Of a stretch of DNA of 45,440 nucleotides, positions 19,302 through 28,047 are shown piece by piece (the first letter of the stretch is position 1; each line of letters opens with the position of its first letter). Under the pieces are notes generated by a model. The model made no database searches. It was not told the DNA's origin and was given only the letters and a program-made list of their open reading frames with translations. The stretch lies in contig DASSXP010000079.1 in NCBI GenBank assembly GCA_035703755.1, positions 1 to 45,440 of the forward strand, read 5' to 3'. Source of the DNA: Rhodanobacteraceae bacterium (GTDB lineage: Bacteria > Pseudomonadota > Gammaproteobacteria > Xanthomonadales > Rhodanobacteraceae). Made by a program: the position numbers and the translations under genes.

Positions 19302-21944
19302 TCAGGCGGGACCGACCAGTCGCGCCAGCATTTCGGCCAGCGCGCGGGACACGCCGGACTCTTGGGACAGGCCGAGTAACGCGTCCTTTAGATGTTCGCG
19401 CCGCACCGGCTCCAGTCGCGTCCAGCCGGCGAAGGCGTTGGCAAGGCGGGCGGCGGTGGTCGGGTTGATGCGGTCCTGTTGCAGCAATTGCTCGGCCAGA
19501 AGTGCATAGCCGGCGCCATCGGCACGGTGGAAGCCGGTCGGGTTGGCCTGGGCAAAGGCGCCCAGCACGGCATACACCCGGTTGGGATTGTGTGGCAGGA
19601 AATGCGGGCCGGCGAGCAAGGCCTGCACGCGTGCCAGCGCAGGTTCACCGGGAATGGTGGCCGCCACCGCCAATCCCTTGTCCAGTGCCAGTGCATCGCC
19701 GGCGTGGCGTTGCTGAAACGCCAGCAGCGCGGCAGCAGCAGCGTCGGCTTGCTGGTGTACCAGCAGGCGCAACGCGGCAAGGCGATCGGTCATGCCAGGG
19801 GCGTCGGTGCATTGCGCCTGCGCCAGTGCGAGCGCGTGTTCCCGGTCGACGTGCAGCAACAACGCCAGCAGCTGGTTCTTGAGTCGGCGCCGTGCGCGCG
19901 CTGTCCCGTTTTGCGCGCCGCGTTCATCGCTCTGCAAGAGTGCATGGCGCGCCCGCAATGATTTGGCGCCGAGTGTCTCGGCCAGCCGCATCAGCAAATC
20001 TTCCCGTGCCGTCCGCACCGCGACCGGGTTCCAGTTGCTCAACGATTGCGCCAGTTCCAATTCTGCCGGCGGCTTGAGAAACTCCGCCAACAGCGCGGGC
20101 TCATCGGTCCAGCGCGGATCGGCGTAGCAGGCGGCAGTTGCTTCCAGCCAGGCGGTGTTGGCAATGCGCCGGTCGCCGCCACAGAGCTCGTCGAAGGCGC
20201 GCCGGGCCAGCCGCTGGCCGGCCTGCCAGCGGTCGAAACCGCTGCTTTCGTGCACCATCAGCAGGGCCAGATCTGCCGCGGTCGAATCCTCGTGCAGAGC
20301 CACCGGGGCTGAAAAGCCGCGCAGCACCGAGGCCACCGGACGTGCGGCAATGTCCTCGAAGCGGAACTCGGCCGTGGTGTCTGTCAACAGCAGCACGCGA
20401 TCTGTGCCCTGGGCGGCGTGCTCGCCGTGCAGCCGCAGTGGCAGTGGCGAGCCGTCGGGGGCCAGCAGTCGCAGTGCCACGGGGATGGGCAGCGGTGGCT
20501 TGTGCGCGGCGTGCGGGCCGGGTGCCGTGGTCTGGCTGAGGTGCAGCCGATAGCGCTGTTCGGTGGCTTCGTACACGCTCTCGACATGCAACTGCGGGGT
20601 GCCGGCCTGGCCGTACCACGCCAGGAACGGCGACAAATCGGCGCTGTTGGCGTCACCAAGTGCGGCGAGGAAATGCTCGATCGTCACCGCTTCGCCATCG
20701 TGGCGCGTGAAATACAGTTCGCAGCCACGGCGAAAACCCGCGTCGCCCAAATGCCCGGCCAGCATGCGCACCAGCTCGGCGCCCTTTTCGTATACGGTGG
20801 CGGTGTAGAAGTTGTCGATCTCGCGGTAACTGTCCGGTCGCACCGGATGCGCCAATGGTCCGGCGTCCTCGGCAAACTGCTGTTGCCTGAGGCGGGTGAC
20901 GTCAGCGATCCGTTGCAGCGTCGGATCGTTCATGTCGGCGGCGAAACTTTGCTCACGGAATACGGTGAAGCCTTCCTTGAGCGACAGCTGGAACCAGTCG
21001 CGACAGGTGACCCGGTTGCCGCTCCAGTTGTGGAAATATTCGTGGCCGACCACCGCCTCGACGTGGGCGTAGTCCTCGTCGGTGCTCGCGTCCGGGTCGG
21101 CCAGCAGGTACTTGCTGTTGAAGATGTTGAGGCCCTTGTTCTCCATCGCGCCCATGTTGAAATCGCCGGTGGCGACGACATGGAACTGCGCCAGATCGTA
21201 GTTGCGGCCGTAGTGCGTCTCGTCCCAGCGCATCGCGGCAAGCACGGAATCCATGGCGTGCTGGCAGCGGGTGATGGCCCAGGGTTCGGCCCACAAGCGC
21301 ACCTCCACCGCACGACCGTCGGCGGTGGTGTAGTCCTGCCGTATCGACTCCAGGCGGCCCGCCACCAGCGCAAACAAATAGCTGGACTTCGGCCACGGAT
21401 CGACGAAGCACGCGTAGTGACGGCCATCGGGCAGGGCGCCATGGCCGTCCGCATTGCCACCGGCCAGCAGCACCGGAAAGCGGGTGGCGTCGGCGCGCAG
21501 GGTCACGCGATAGCGCGACAGCACATCGGGGCGGTCCGGGAAAAAGGTGATGCGACGGAATCCTTCGGCTTCGCATTGGGTCAGCAGAAAGCCGTCGTCG
21601 CGCGAACCCGACAGATACAAACCTTGCAAGGCGCTATTGGCGGCTGGCTGCACGCGCACGCGGGTGCTGAGTACGCTGCCATTGCGGGCGCCGGGCACCT
21701 CCAGCGTGGCGTCGTGGAGACGGTACTCCAGCGGGCCGAGCGGGCGGCCATCGAGGGCGATCTCCAACAGCTCCAGCGACTCGCCATCGAGCTGGAGCGG
21801 GGTTTCCTCGCCGTCGTCGCAAGCCAGATGCAAGCGTGCCTGCACCTCGCTGTGGTCGATGTCGAGATCGAACTCAAGCTCGACTTGCGGGACGCGCCAC
21901 GCGGGCGGGCGATAATCGCTGCGGTGAATGGTGGTATCGCTCAT
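19302..21944 (-). CDS. pepN: Aminopeptidase N (M1 family)
   Basis: The GAMEN exopeptidase motif is present, along with HEYFHNWSGN (HExxH) and the downstream Glu (LSLKEGFT). The track ORF was trimmed to the ATG at 21944 (MSDTTIHRSDY). Confidence 0.95.
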   Translation of the reverse strand: MSDTTIHRSDYRPPAWRVPQVELEFDLDIDHSEVQARLHLACDDGEETPLQLDGESLELLEIALDGRPLGPLEYRLHDATLEVPGARNGSVLSTRVRVQPAANSALQGLYLSGSRDDGFLLTQCEAEGFRRITFFPDRPDVLSRYRVTLRADATRFPVLLAGGNADGHGALPDGRHYACFVDPWPKSSYLFALVAGRLESIRQDYTTADGRAVEVRLWAEPWAITRCQHAMDSVLAAMRWDETHYGRNYDLAQFHVVATGDFNMGAMENKGLNIFNSKYLLADPDASTDEDYAHVEAVVGHEYFHNWSGNRVTCRDWFQLSLKEGFTVFREQSFAADMNDPTLQRIADVTRLRQQQFAEDAGPLAHPVRPDSYREIDNFYTATVYEKGAELVRMLAGHLGDAGFRRGCELYFTRHDGEAVTIEHFLAALGDANSADLSPFLAWYGQAGTPQLHVESVYEATEQRYRLHLSQTTAPGPHAAHKPPLPIPVALRLLAPDGSPLPLRLHGEHAAQGTDRVLLLTDTTAEFRFEDIAARPVASVLRGFSAPVALHEDSTAADLALLMVHESSGFDRWQAGQRLARRAFDELCGGDRRIANTAWLEATAACYADPRWTDEPALLAEFLKPPAELELAQSLSNWNPVAVRTAREDLLMRLAETLGAKSLRARHALLQSDERGAQNGTARARRRLKNQLLALLLHVDREHALALAQAQCTDAPGMTDRLAALRLLVHQQADAAAAALLAFQQRHAGDALALDKGLAVAATIPGEPALARVQALLAGPHFLPHNPNRVYAVLGAFAQANPTGFHRADGAGYALLAEQLLQQDRINPTTAARLANAFAGWTRLEPVRREHLKDALLGLSQESGVSRALAEMLARLVGPA

Positions 21945-22057
21945 GGGAACGGCTGGCCTGCATTGACATGCGCTGGCGCGGCGCGCCGACGCGAAACCGC
22001 AAGCGTAACGCAATCGTGCCGACTACAATGCCGGCCTGTTCCCAGGTGTTCGCGCTC

Positions 22058-22996
22058 ATGTCCAGGCTGCCGGATTTTGCCGCCATCGAGGCCGCCCGCG
22101 CGCGCATCGCGCCGCACGCGGTCTGCACCCCGATTCTGCGCAGCGACGCACTCGATCATGCACTGGGTGCGCAAGTCGTTTTCAAGTGCGAGAACCGTCA
22201 GCACAGTGGCGCGTTCAAGTATCGCGGCGCGCTGAATGCGGTGTGGTCGCTCAGCGAGGACGAGGCACAGCGTGGCGTGGTCACGCATTCATCAGGCAAC
22301 CACGGCGCGGCGCTGGCGCTGGCGGCCCGGAGCCGCGGCATCACGGCGCATGTGGTGGTGCCGGAGGGCGCGGTGGCCGCCAAGGTCGCCAACATTGAAC
22401 GCGCCGGCGGCACGGTGCACTACTGCGCACCGACCATGGCGGCCCGTGAAGCGGCGGCGGCGGCGCTGGCGGCGAGCCGCGGCGCAACCCTGATTCATCC
22501 CTACACCGATCCGCGCGTGATCGCCGGCCAGGGCACGGCGGCGCTGGAGCTGCTGGAACAAGCCGGAATGCTGGATGTGCTGCTGATCCCGCTCGGTGGC
22601 GGCGGCTTGGCGTCGGGGACGGCGATCGCGGCGCATGGCGTCGACGCGGCGATTCGCGTTGTCGGTGCAGAGCCGGACGGCGCAGCCGACACCATCGCTT
22701 CGCTGGCCGCCGGGCGCCGGATCACGGACATCGTTGCCGACACGATCTGTGATGGCCTGCGTGGCACCGTCGGCGAGATCAACCTGGCGTGCCTGATTGC
22801 GCATGAGGTCACGGTGTTGCCGGTGAGCGACGCCGAGGTGACACACGCAATGGCCGCGCTGCGCGAGCACCTGGGTGAAACGGTCGAGCCTTCCAGTGCT
22901 ACCGTGCTGGCCGCGCTCGCACGCCACCGTGAGCACTTCGCCGGCGCCCGCGTGGGGGTCATCCTCAGCGGCGGCAATGTCGAAGGGGTTGCCTGA
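22058..22996 (+). CDS. PLP-dependent serine/threonine dehydratase family protein (serine racemase / hydroxyaspartate ammonia-lyase-like)
   Basis: The PLP-lysine motif is SGAFKYRGA. SSGNHG and the Gly-rich loop PLGGGGLASG are also present. The track ORF was trimmed; the ATG at 22028 is an alternative start. Confidence 0.85.
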   Translation: MSRLPDFAAIEAARARIAPHAVCTPILRSDALDHALGAQVVFKCENRQHSGAFKYRGALNAVWSLSEDEAQRGVVTHSSGNHGAALALAARSRGITAHVVVPEGAVAAKVANIERAGGTVHYCAPTMAAREAAAAALAASRGATLIHPYTDPRVIAGQGTAALELLEQAGMLDVLLIPLGGGGLASGTAIAAHGVDAAIRVVGAEPDGAADTIASLAAGRRITDIVADTICDGLRGTVGEINLACLIAHEVTVLPVSDAEVTHAMAALREHLGETVEPSSATVLAALARHREHFAGARVGVILSGGNVEGVA

Positions 22997-23006
22997 AGTG
23001 GCGGAT

Positions 23007-23903
23007 TCAGGGCGCGGCCAGGTCCGGCGTTTTCGCGCGCCGGTTGACCACGATCAGCGCGATGCAGATCAACGCAATGCCGATCGATTCCACCAGGCTC
23101 GGCCGCTCACCTAGCGTGGCCCACGCGAAACCGACCGTCAGCACCGGTATCGCCAGGCTGGACAGACCGGCGACATGCGCCGGCAGCGTTTGCACGATCA
23201 GCGACCACAACAGCCAGCACAGGCCCGATGACAGCACGCCGTTGTAGAGCACGGCAAAAATCAAGTAACCCGACCACTCGATCGGGCGCTCGGGCACCAG
23301 CGTCGACAAGGCGATCAGCCCGAGCGTGCCGAATAGCATCTGCCAGGCCGTCAACGACAGCACGTTGGCGCGCCCTTGCTGGAATAACCGTTTGGAGGCC
23401 ACGGTGCCAATCGCCCAGGCGAGGCCGCCGGCCAGCGCCAACAACACCGATTGCGGCGCGCCCAGGCCGTGCCAAGGCTCCAGCACCAGCAGCAGGCCGG
23501 CAGCGGCGATGACGATGCCGAGCAGATGCGCGAGGCGCAGTCGTGCCGACAGGAATCCCCACGCCAGCAAGACCACCCAGAACGGCATGGTGTAGGCCAG
23601 CAAGGCGGTCTTGCCGGCGCCGCCCTCGACCAGCGCCCACTGCACCAGTGCCTGAAACAAGCTGGTTTGGGCCAGACCGACCAGCAACGTCGGCCCCAGT
23701 GGCGGCGGCTTCAGCGACTGGCGACGGGCCAGCAGCACCGCGAACAGCACCAGTGTGCCGAGCAGGTAGCGCAACATCGAGAAGTCAAACGGGCCGACGA
23801 ACAACAGCGCCCGCTTCATCACCACCCAGTTGTAGCTCCAGATCAGCGTCAGCACGACCAGCGCCGCCAGCGCGCCGCGCCGTGTTACCACCATCGGGGA
23901 CAT
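23007..23903 (-). CDS. EamA/DMT-family transporter
   Basis: The protein has about 10 hydrophobic helices arranged as two EamA-like halves. The ATG at 23903 lies 1 nt downstream of the stop of the preceding gene. The track ORF extension to 24152 is rejected. Confidence 0.8.
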   Translation of the reverse strand: MSPMVVTRRGALAALVVLTLIWSYNWVVMKRALLFVGPFDFSMLRYLLGTLVLFAVLLARRQSLKPPPLGPTLLVGLAQTSLFQALVQWALVEGGAGKTALLAYTMPFWVVLLAWGFLSARLRLAHLLGIVIAAAGLLLVLEPWHGLGAPQSVLLALAGGLAWAIGTVASKRLFQQGRANVLSLTAWQMLFGTLGLIALSTLVPERPIEWSGYLIFAVLYNGVLSSGLCWLLWSLIVQTLPAHVAGLSSLAIPVLTVGFAWATLGERPSLVESIGIALICIALIVVNRRAKTPDLAAP

Positions 23904-23904
23904 C

Positions 23905-24828
23905 TCAGTAACGCGGCACCGAGGAATCGACGTCGGTCGACCAGGCGTCGATGCCGCCTTCGAGGTTGTAGACATCGCGGAAACCGAGGCCGACGAAGCG
24001 CTCCGCCACCACCCGGCTCGACTTGCCGAGGTGGCAATGGAACACGATGGCCTGATCCTTGGGCCGCTGGGCCAGTTCCGTTTCGCCGATTTCTTCCAGC
24101 GCCACCGCGCCGGCGATGGCCGCCTGCGCTCGCGCCGCTGCCGGACGCACATCGATCAGCAGCACGTCGCCCTTGGCGAGCCGTGCCTTGAGCGTGCTGG
24201 TCGACATCGATTTGACCGAGCCGGGGAAACTCAGGGCCAGCCCTTCGCCGCCCACCGTCTTGACCCAGTCGATCACCACGCCGCGCGCGCGTTTGGCGCT
24301 GCCGGGGTCCATGTGGATGGCAATGCCGTTGGATTCGGCCACGATGTCGTAATCGCCAGCCGGCGCGAGGGTGAATCCGGCCTGCTGATGGCCATCGATG
24401 CTCAAGTGCAGCACGCCTTCGGCCGGCGGCGGCAGGTGCTCGCGGATCGCGTTGGCGGCGGCGTCGGTCAGGGTCAGCTCGGGCACCGTGCGGTCCGGTG
24501 CGGCCACGCCCAGCAGCTGGTGCAGTTCACCACTGGCGTACATCTGCTTGATGATGTCGGCGCCGCCGATCAGCTCGCCCTTGACGTACAACTGCGGGAT
24601 GGTCGGCCACTGGCCGTAATCCTTGATGCCTTCGCGGATCGCCGGGTCGGACAACACGTCGACGCCGTGGTAGCCCGGCAGCAGATCATTCAGCACTGCG
24701 CTGGCGGCGGCGGAAAAGCCACACATCGGCTGCTCGGGTTGGCCTTTCATGAACAGCACGACGGGGTGCTCGGCCAGCAAGTGCTCGATGCGGGTGCGGG
24801 TTTCGGTATCCAGGGACATGGCAGGCAA
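23905..24828 (-). CDS. Fusion protein: monothiol (CGFS) glutaredoxin + Cys-less HesB/IscA-like domain + rhodanese domain
   Basis: The N-terminus carries VVLFMKGQPEQPMCGFS...WPTIPQLYVKGELIGGADI, typical of Grx4. The middle ELTLTDAAANAIREHL...LHLSIDG...IAIHMDPGSA...VIDWV follows the A-type carrier pattern but lacks the Cys ligands. The C-terminus is a rhodanese domain with the active-site loop CHLGKSS and GGIDAW. Confidence 0.8.
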   Translation of the reverse strand: MPAMSLDTETRTRIEHLLAEHPVVLFMKGQPEQPMCGFSAAASAVLNDLLPGYHGVDVLSDPAIREGIKDYGQWPTIPQLYVKGELIGGADIIKQMYASGELHQLLGVAAPDRTVPELTLTDAAANAIREHLPPPAEGVLHLSIDGHQQAGFTLAPAGDYDIVAESNGIAIHMDPGSAKRARGVVIDWVKTVGGEGLALSFPGSVKSMSTSTLKARLAKGDVLLIDVRPAAARAQAAIAGAVALEEIGETELAQRPKDQAIVFHCHLGKSSRVVAERFVGLGFRDVYNLEGGIDAWSTDVDSSVPRY

Positions 24829-24962
24829 TCCGGGTCAAATTCAGCCGACAATGATAGCGCGGACCGGGTTTGATGGCAGGATTGCAGGGGCGGGGCGATT
24901 TATGTACTATTGAGTTTATTATTTGGGCTGGCAACCAGCCCCGGCAGGAACTTTTACGGTGC

Positions 24963-24992
24963 TTAGCACTCCAATTGCCCGAGTGCTAAAAT
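24963..24992 (+). promoter_or_regulatory. Putative sigma-70 promoter of rpoH
   Basis: The pattern is TTAGCA, an 18-nt spacer, then TAAAAT. The RBS GGGAGG precedes the ATG at 25020. An 8-bp perfect inverted repeat, tagcactc/gagtgcta, spans the spacer. Confidence 0.45.
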
Positions 24993-25019
24993 GTCCATTC
25001 GGCTCAGGGAGGTTTCACG

Positions 25020-25883
25020 ATGTCACAAACTCTCATTCCCGCCAGCATGCCGATCCCCAGCGTGGTCGGCAGCCTCGACGCCTACATCGGCGCCGTGCAC
25101 CGCATTCCCGTGCTGACCCTCGAGGAAGAGCAGGATCTGGCCCATCGCTACAACGTCGACAACGATCTCGGCGCGGCCAAGCAACTGATTGCCGCGCACT
25201 TGCGCTTCGTGGTCCATGTGGCGCGTGGCTATAAAGGTTACGGCCTGCAACTGGCCGACCTGATCCAGGAAGGCAACATCGGCCTGATGAAGGCGGTCAA
25301 GCGCTTCGATCCGGATGTCGGCGTGCGTCTGGTCAGCTTCGCGGTGCACTGGATCCGTGCCGAAATGCACGAGTTCATCCTGCGCAACTGGCGCATCGTC
25401 AAGGTCGCCACCACCAAGGCCCAGCGCAAACTGTTCTTCAATCTGCGCAAGTCGAAAAAGCGCCTCGGCTGGATGAACATGACGGAAGTGCGCGAAGTGG
25501 CGAAGGATCTCGGTGTGCCCGAAGCCACGGTGCTGGAAATGGAGTCGCGTCTGTCCGGCCGTGACATCGGTTTCGATGCCCCGACCGATGGCGACGACGA
25601 CGCGCCGCCGGCGCCGGTGGCCTACCTCGAGGATCACAGCGCCGATCCGTACCTCGCGGTGGCCGAGGCAGATCAGGAAGCGTCGCAGCTGTCGACCATG
25701 CAGCAAGCCCTGGGCGAACTCGATCCGCGTTCACGCGATATCGTCGAGCGGCGCTGGCTGCATGACGACAAGGCGACCTTGCAGGAGCTGGCCGACGAAT
25801 ACGGCGTATCGGCCGAGCGCATCCGTCAGATTGAAGCCAACGCAATGAAGAAAATGCGCGGCGTGTTCGAAATCGCCGCCTGA
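25020..25883 (+). CDS. rpoH: RNA polymerase sigma-32 (heat-shock sigma factor)
   Basis: Region 2 reads [39 protein letters not shown]. The RpoH box is [13 protein letters not shown]. The 4.2 region reads [19 protein letters not shown]. Confidence 0.95.
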   Translation: MSQTLIPASMPIPSVVGSLDAYIGAVHRIPVLTLEEEQDLAHRYNVDNDLGAAKQLIAAHLRFVVHVARGYKGYGLQLADLIQEGNIGLMKAVKRFDPDVGVRLVSFAVHWIRAEMHEFILRNWRIVKVATTKAQRKLFFNLRKSKKRLGWMNMTEVREVAKDLGVPEATVLEMESRLSGRDIGFDAPTDGDDDAPPAPVAYLEDHSADPYLAVAEADQEASQLSTMQQALGELDPRSRDIVERRWLHDDKATLQELADEYGVSAERIRQIEANAMKKMRGVFEIAA

Positions 25884-25901
25884 TCGCCAACCCGCAACAC
25901 G

Positions 25902-25936
25902 CGCCACGGCCCGCCTTTGTGCGGGCCGTGGCGTTT
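25902..25936. terminator. Bidirectional terminator between rpoH and rep
   Basis: The 13-bp stem is cgccacggcccgc/gcgggccgtggcg, with the loop ctttgt. TTT follows. Confidence 0.8.
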
Positions 25937-25968
25937 GCGGGCGCCAACCGTGCGTAGAGCCGCGCCGC

Positions 25969-27945
25969 TCAACCGGCCAGCAAGGCCTTGAGCGCGGCGC
26001 GGGCCGCTTCGGCCGCTTCGCGGGTGGCGGCGGCATCGGCTTCGGTGTCGCGCCCTTGCCAGTGCAGATCGGCCGACGGTATTTCATTCAGGAAACGGCT
26101 TGGCTGATTCACCAGCACTTCGCCAAAGCGCCGCGCGCGTTTGGCGTAGGACAGCGTCAGCACCTCGCGGGCGCGGGTGATGCCGACGTAGAACAGGCGC
26201 CGCTCCTCGTCCACCCGGCCCTCGTCCACCGCGCCCTCGTGCGGTAGCGTGCGGTCATCGCAGCCGACGATGAAGACGAAGCGAAACTCCAGCCCCTTGG
26301 CCGCGTGCAGGGTCATCATGCGCAGGGCGTTGCCGGGTTCGTCGCGGTCGGCGTGCGACAGCAGTGCCAGTTGTGCCGCCAGATCACCGATGCCGCCGCC
26401 TTTCTGCATTGCGCCGAACCAGCCCAGGAGTTCCTTGAGGTTGGCTTGCTGGCGCTCGCGGATCGCCGGGTCGCCCGGCTGCGCCGCGAGGTGCGCGGCG
26501 TAGCCGCTGCGCGCCAGCACCTGCTCCACCAGCGCCACCGCGTTGTGGCGACGCGACGCGGCCGTCAGCTCGCCGATCAGTTCGGCGAAACGGGCCAGCG
26601 CCGCGGCGGGGCGCGACGACAGCGCGGCGAGTACGGCGGGCTGCCGTGCCGCGTGCAGCATCGACTCGTGCCGCGCTTGTGCCAGTTGGCCGAGCTTTTC
26701 CAGTGTCGTGGCGCCGATCTCGCGGCGTGGCACGTTGACAACGCGCAGGAAGGCGGCGTCATCGTCCGGGTTGGCGATCAAGCGCAGATAGCACAAGAGA
26801 TCCTTGACCTCGGCCCGATCCAGAAACGACAGCGCGCCGCTCAGGTGATACGGCACCCGCGCCAGGCGGAGCGCCTTCTCCAGCGCCCGCGCCTGATGAT
26901 TGCCGCGATACAGCACCGCCAGATCATGCCAGGGCAGGTGGTATTTCTCCTGCATGCGCAGGGCGATGGCGGCGATCTGCTCGGCCTCGCGCTCGGCATC
27001 CTCGCTTTCCAGCACGCGGATCGCCGGGCCTTCGGCCAGATCACTCCACAAGGTCTTCTGATGCAGGTGCGTGTTGTGCGCGATCACCGCGTTGGCGGCG
27101 CGCAGAATGCGCTTGCTGCAACGGTAATTCTGCTCCAGCTTGATCACCTTGAGCGCCGGCCAGTCGCGGCCCAGCTGGTCGAGGTTTTCGGGCTTGGCGC
27201 CGCGCCAGGCGTAGATCGACTGATCGTCGTCGCCGACGCAGGTGAAAGCGCCGCGCTCGCCGGCCAGTGCCTTCAGCAAGCGGTATTGCGCGTCGTTGGT
27301 GTCCTGATACTCGTCCACCAGCAGGTAGCGCAGGCGCTCGCGCCACTCGCCACGGCACTCCGCATCGCGTTCCAGCACCGCCAATGGCAAACGAATCAGA
27401 TCGTCGAAGTCGAGCGCATTCCACGCCGTCAGCCGCTGCTGGTAGCGGGCGTAGATGGCCGCGGCTTCGACTTCGCGCGGGCTGCGTGCGAGCTCGGCGG
27501 CCTGCTCCGGCGTCAATCCGTCGGTCTTGGCGCGGCCGAGCAAGGAGCGCAGCAAAAACAACTGATCGGGCTTGGTGCTGGCCGGTGCCAGCTCCTTGAC
27601 GATGGCGGCGGCATCGTCGGCATCCAGCACGGTGAAATTGCGGCGCAGACCGGCGCGCGCGTGTTCGATGTGCAAAAAGCGCAGGCCCAGCGCGTGGAAG
27701 GTGCAGACATTGAGCGCCGTCGCCGCCTCGGCATCGAGCAGCTTGCCGACCCGCTCGCGCATTTCGCGGGCGGCCTTGTTGGTGAAGGTGATGGCGGCAA
27801 TCCTGGCCGGCGTCAACTGCTCCCGGCGCACCAGTCGGGCGATCTTCTCGGTGATGACGCGGGTCTTGCCGGAGCCGGCGCCGGCCAGCACCAGCAGAGG
27901 GCCGTCGAGGTAGTCGACCGCGGCGCGTTGTTGCGGATTGAGCAC
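25969..27945 (-). CDS. rep: ATP-dependent DNA helicase Rep (UvrD/Rep superfamily 1)
   Basis: A GTG start gives M-LNPQQRAAVDYLDGPLLVLAGAGSGKTRVI, which parallels the E. coli Rep N-terminus. Motifs DEYQDT, VGDDDQSIYAWRGA, TLHAAKGLEF and YVGITRA are present. The track ORF extension to 29256 is antisense to the next gene. Confidence 0.9.
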   Translation of the reverse strand: MLNPQQRAAVDYLDGPLLVLAGAGSGKTRVITEKIARLVRREQLTPARIAAITFTNKAAREMRERVGKLLDAEAATALNVCTFHALGLRFLHIEHARAGLRRNFTVLDADDAAAIVKELAPASTKPDQLFLLRSLLGRAKTDGLTPEQAAELARSPREVEAAAIYARYQQRLTAWNALDFDDLIRLPLAVLERDAECRGEWRERLRYLLVDEYQDTNDAQYRLLKALAGERGAFTCVGDDDQSIYAWRGAKPENLDQLGRDWPALKVIKLEQNYRCSKRILRAANAVIAHNTHLHQKTLWSDLAEGPAIRVLESEDAEREAEQIAAIALRMQEKYHLPWHDLAVLYRGNHQARALEKALRLARVPYHLSGALSFLDRAEVKDLLCYLRLIANPDDDAAFLRVVNVPRREIGATTLEKLGQLAQARHESMLHAARQPAVLAALSSRPAAALARFAELIGELTAASRRHNAVALVEQVLARSGYAAHLAAQPGDPAIRERQQANLKELLGWFGAMQKGGGIGDLAAQLALLSHADRDEPGNALRMMTLHAAKGLEFRFVFIVGCDDRTLPHEGAVDEGRVDEERRLFYVGITRAREVLTLSYAKRARRFGEVLVNQPSRFLNEIPSADLHWQGRDTEADAAATREAAEAARAALKALLAG

Positions 27946-28047
27946 GATAAAGACGCTTCGATGAAAGCCGTCATGATACGCGAGCGGGGATTCCGGCAGA
28001 CGGGACAGAGCAGATAGAATCGTTCGATCCCTTCCGAAGGACACCGC

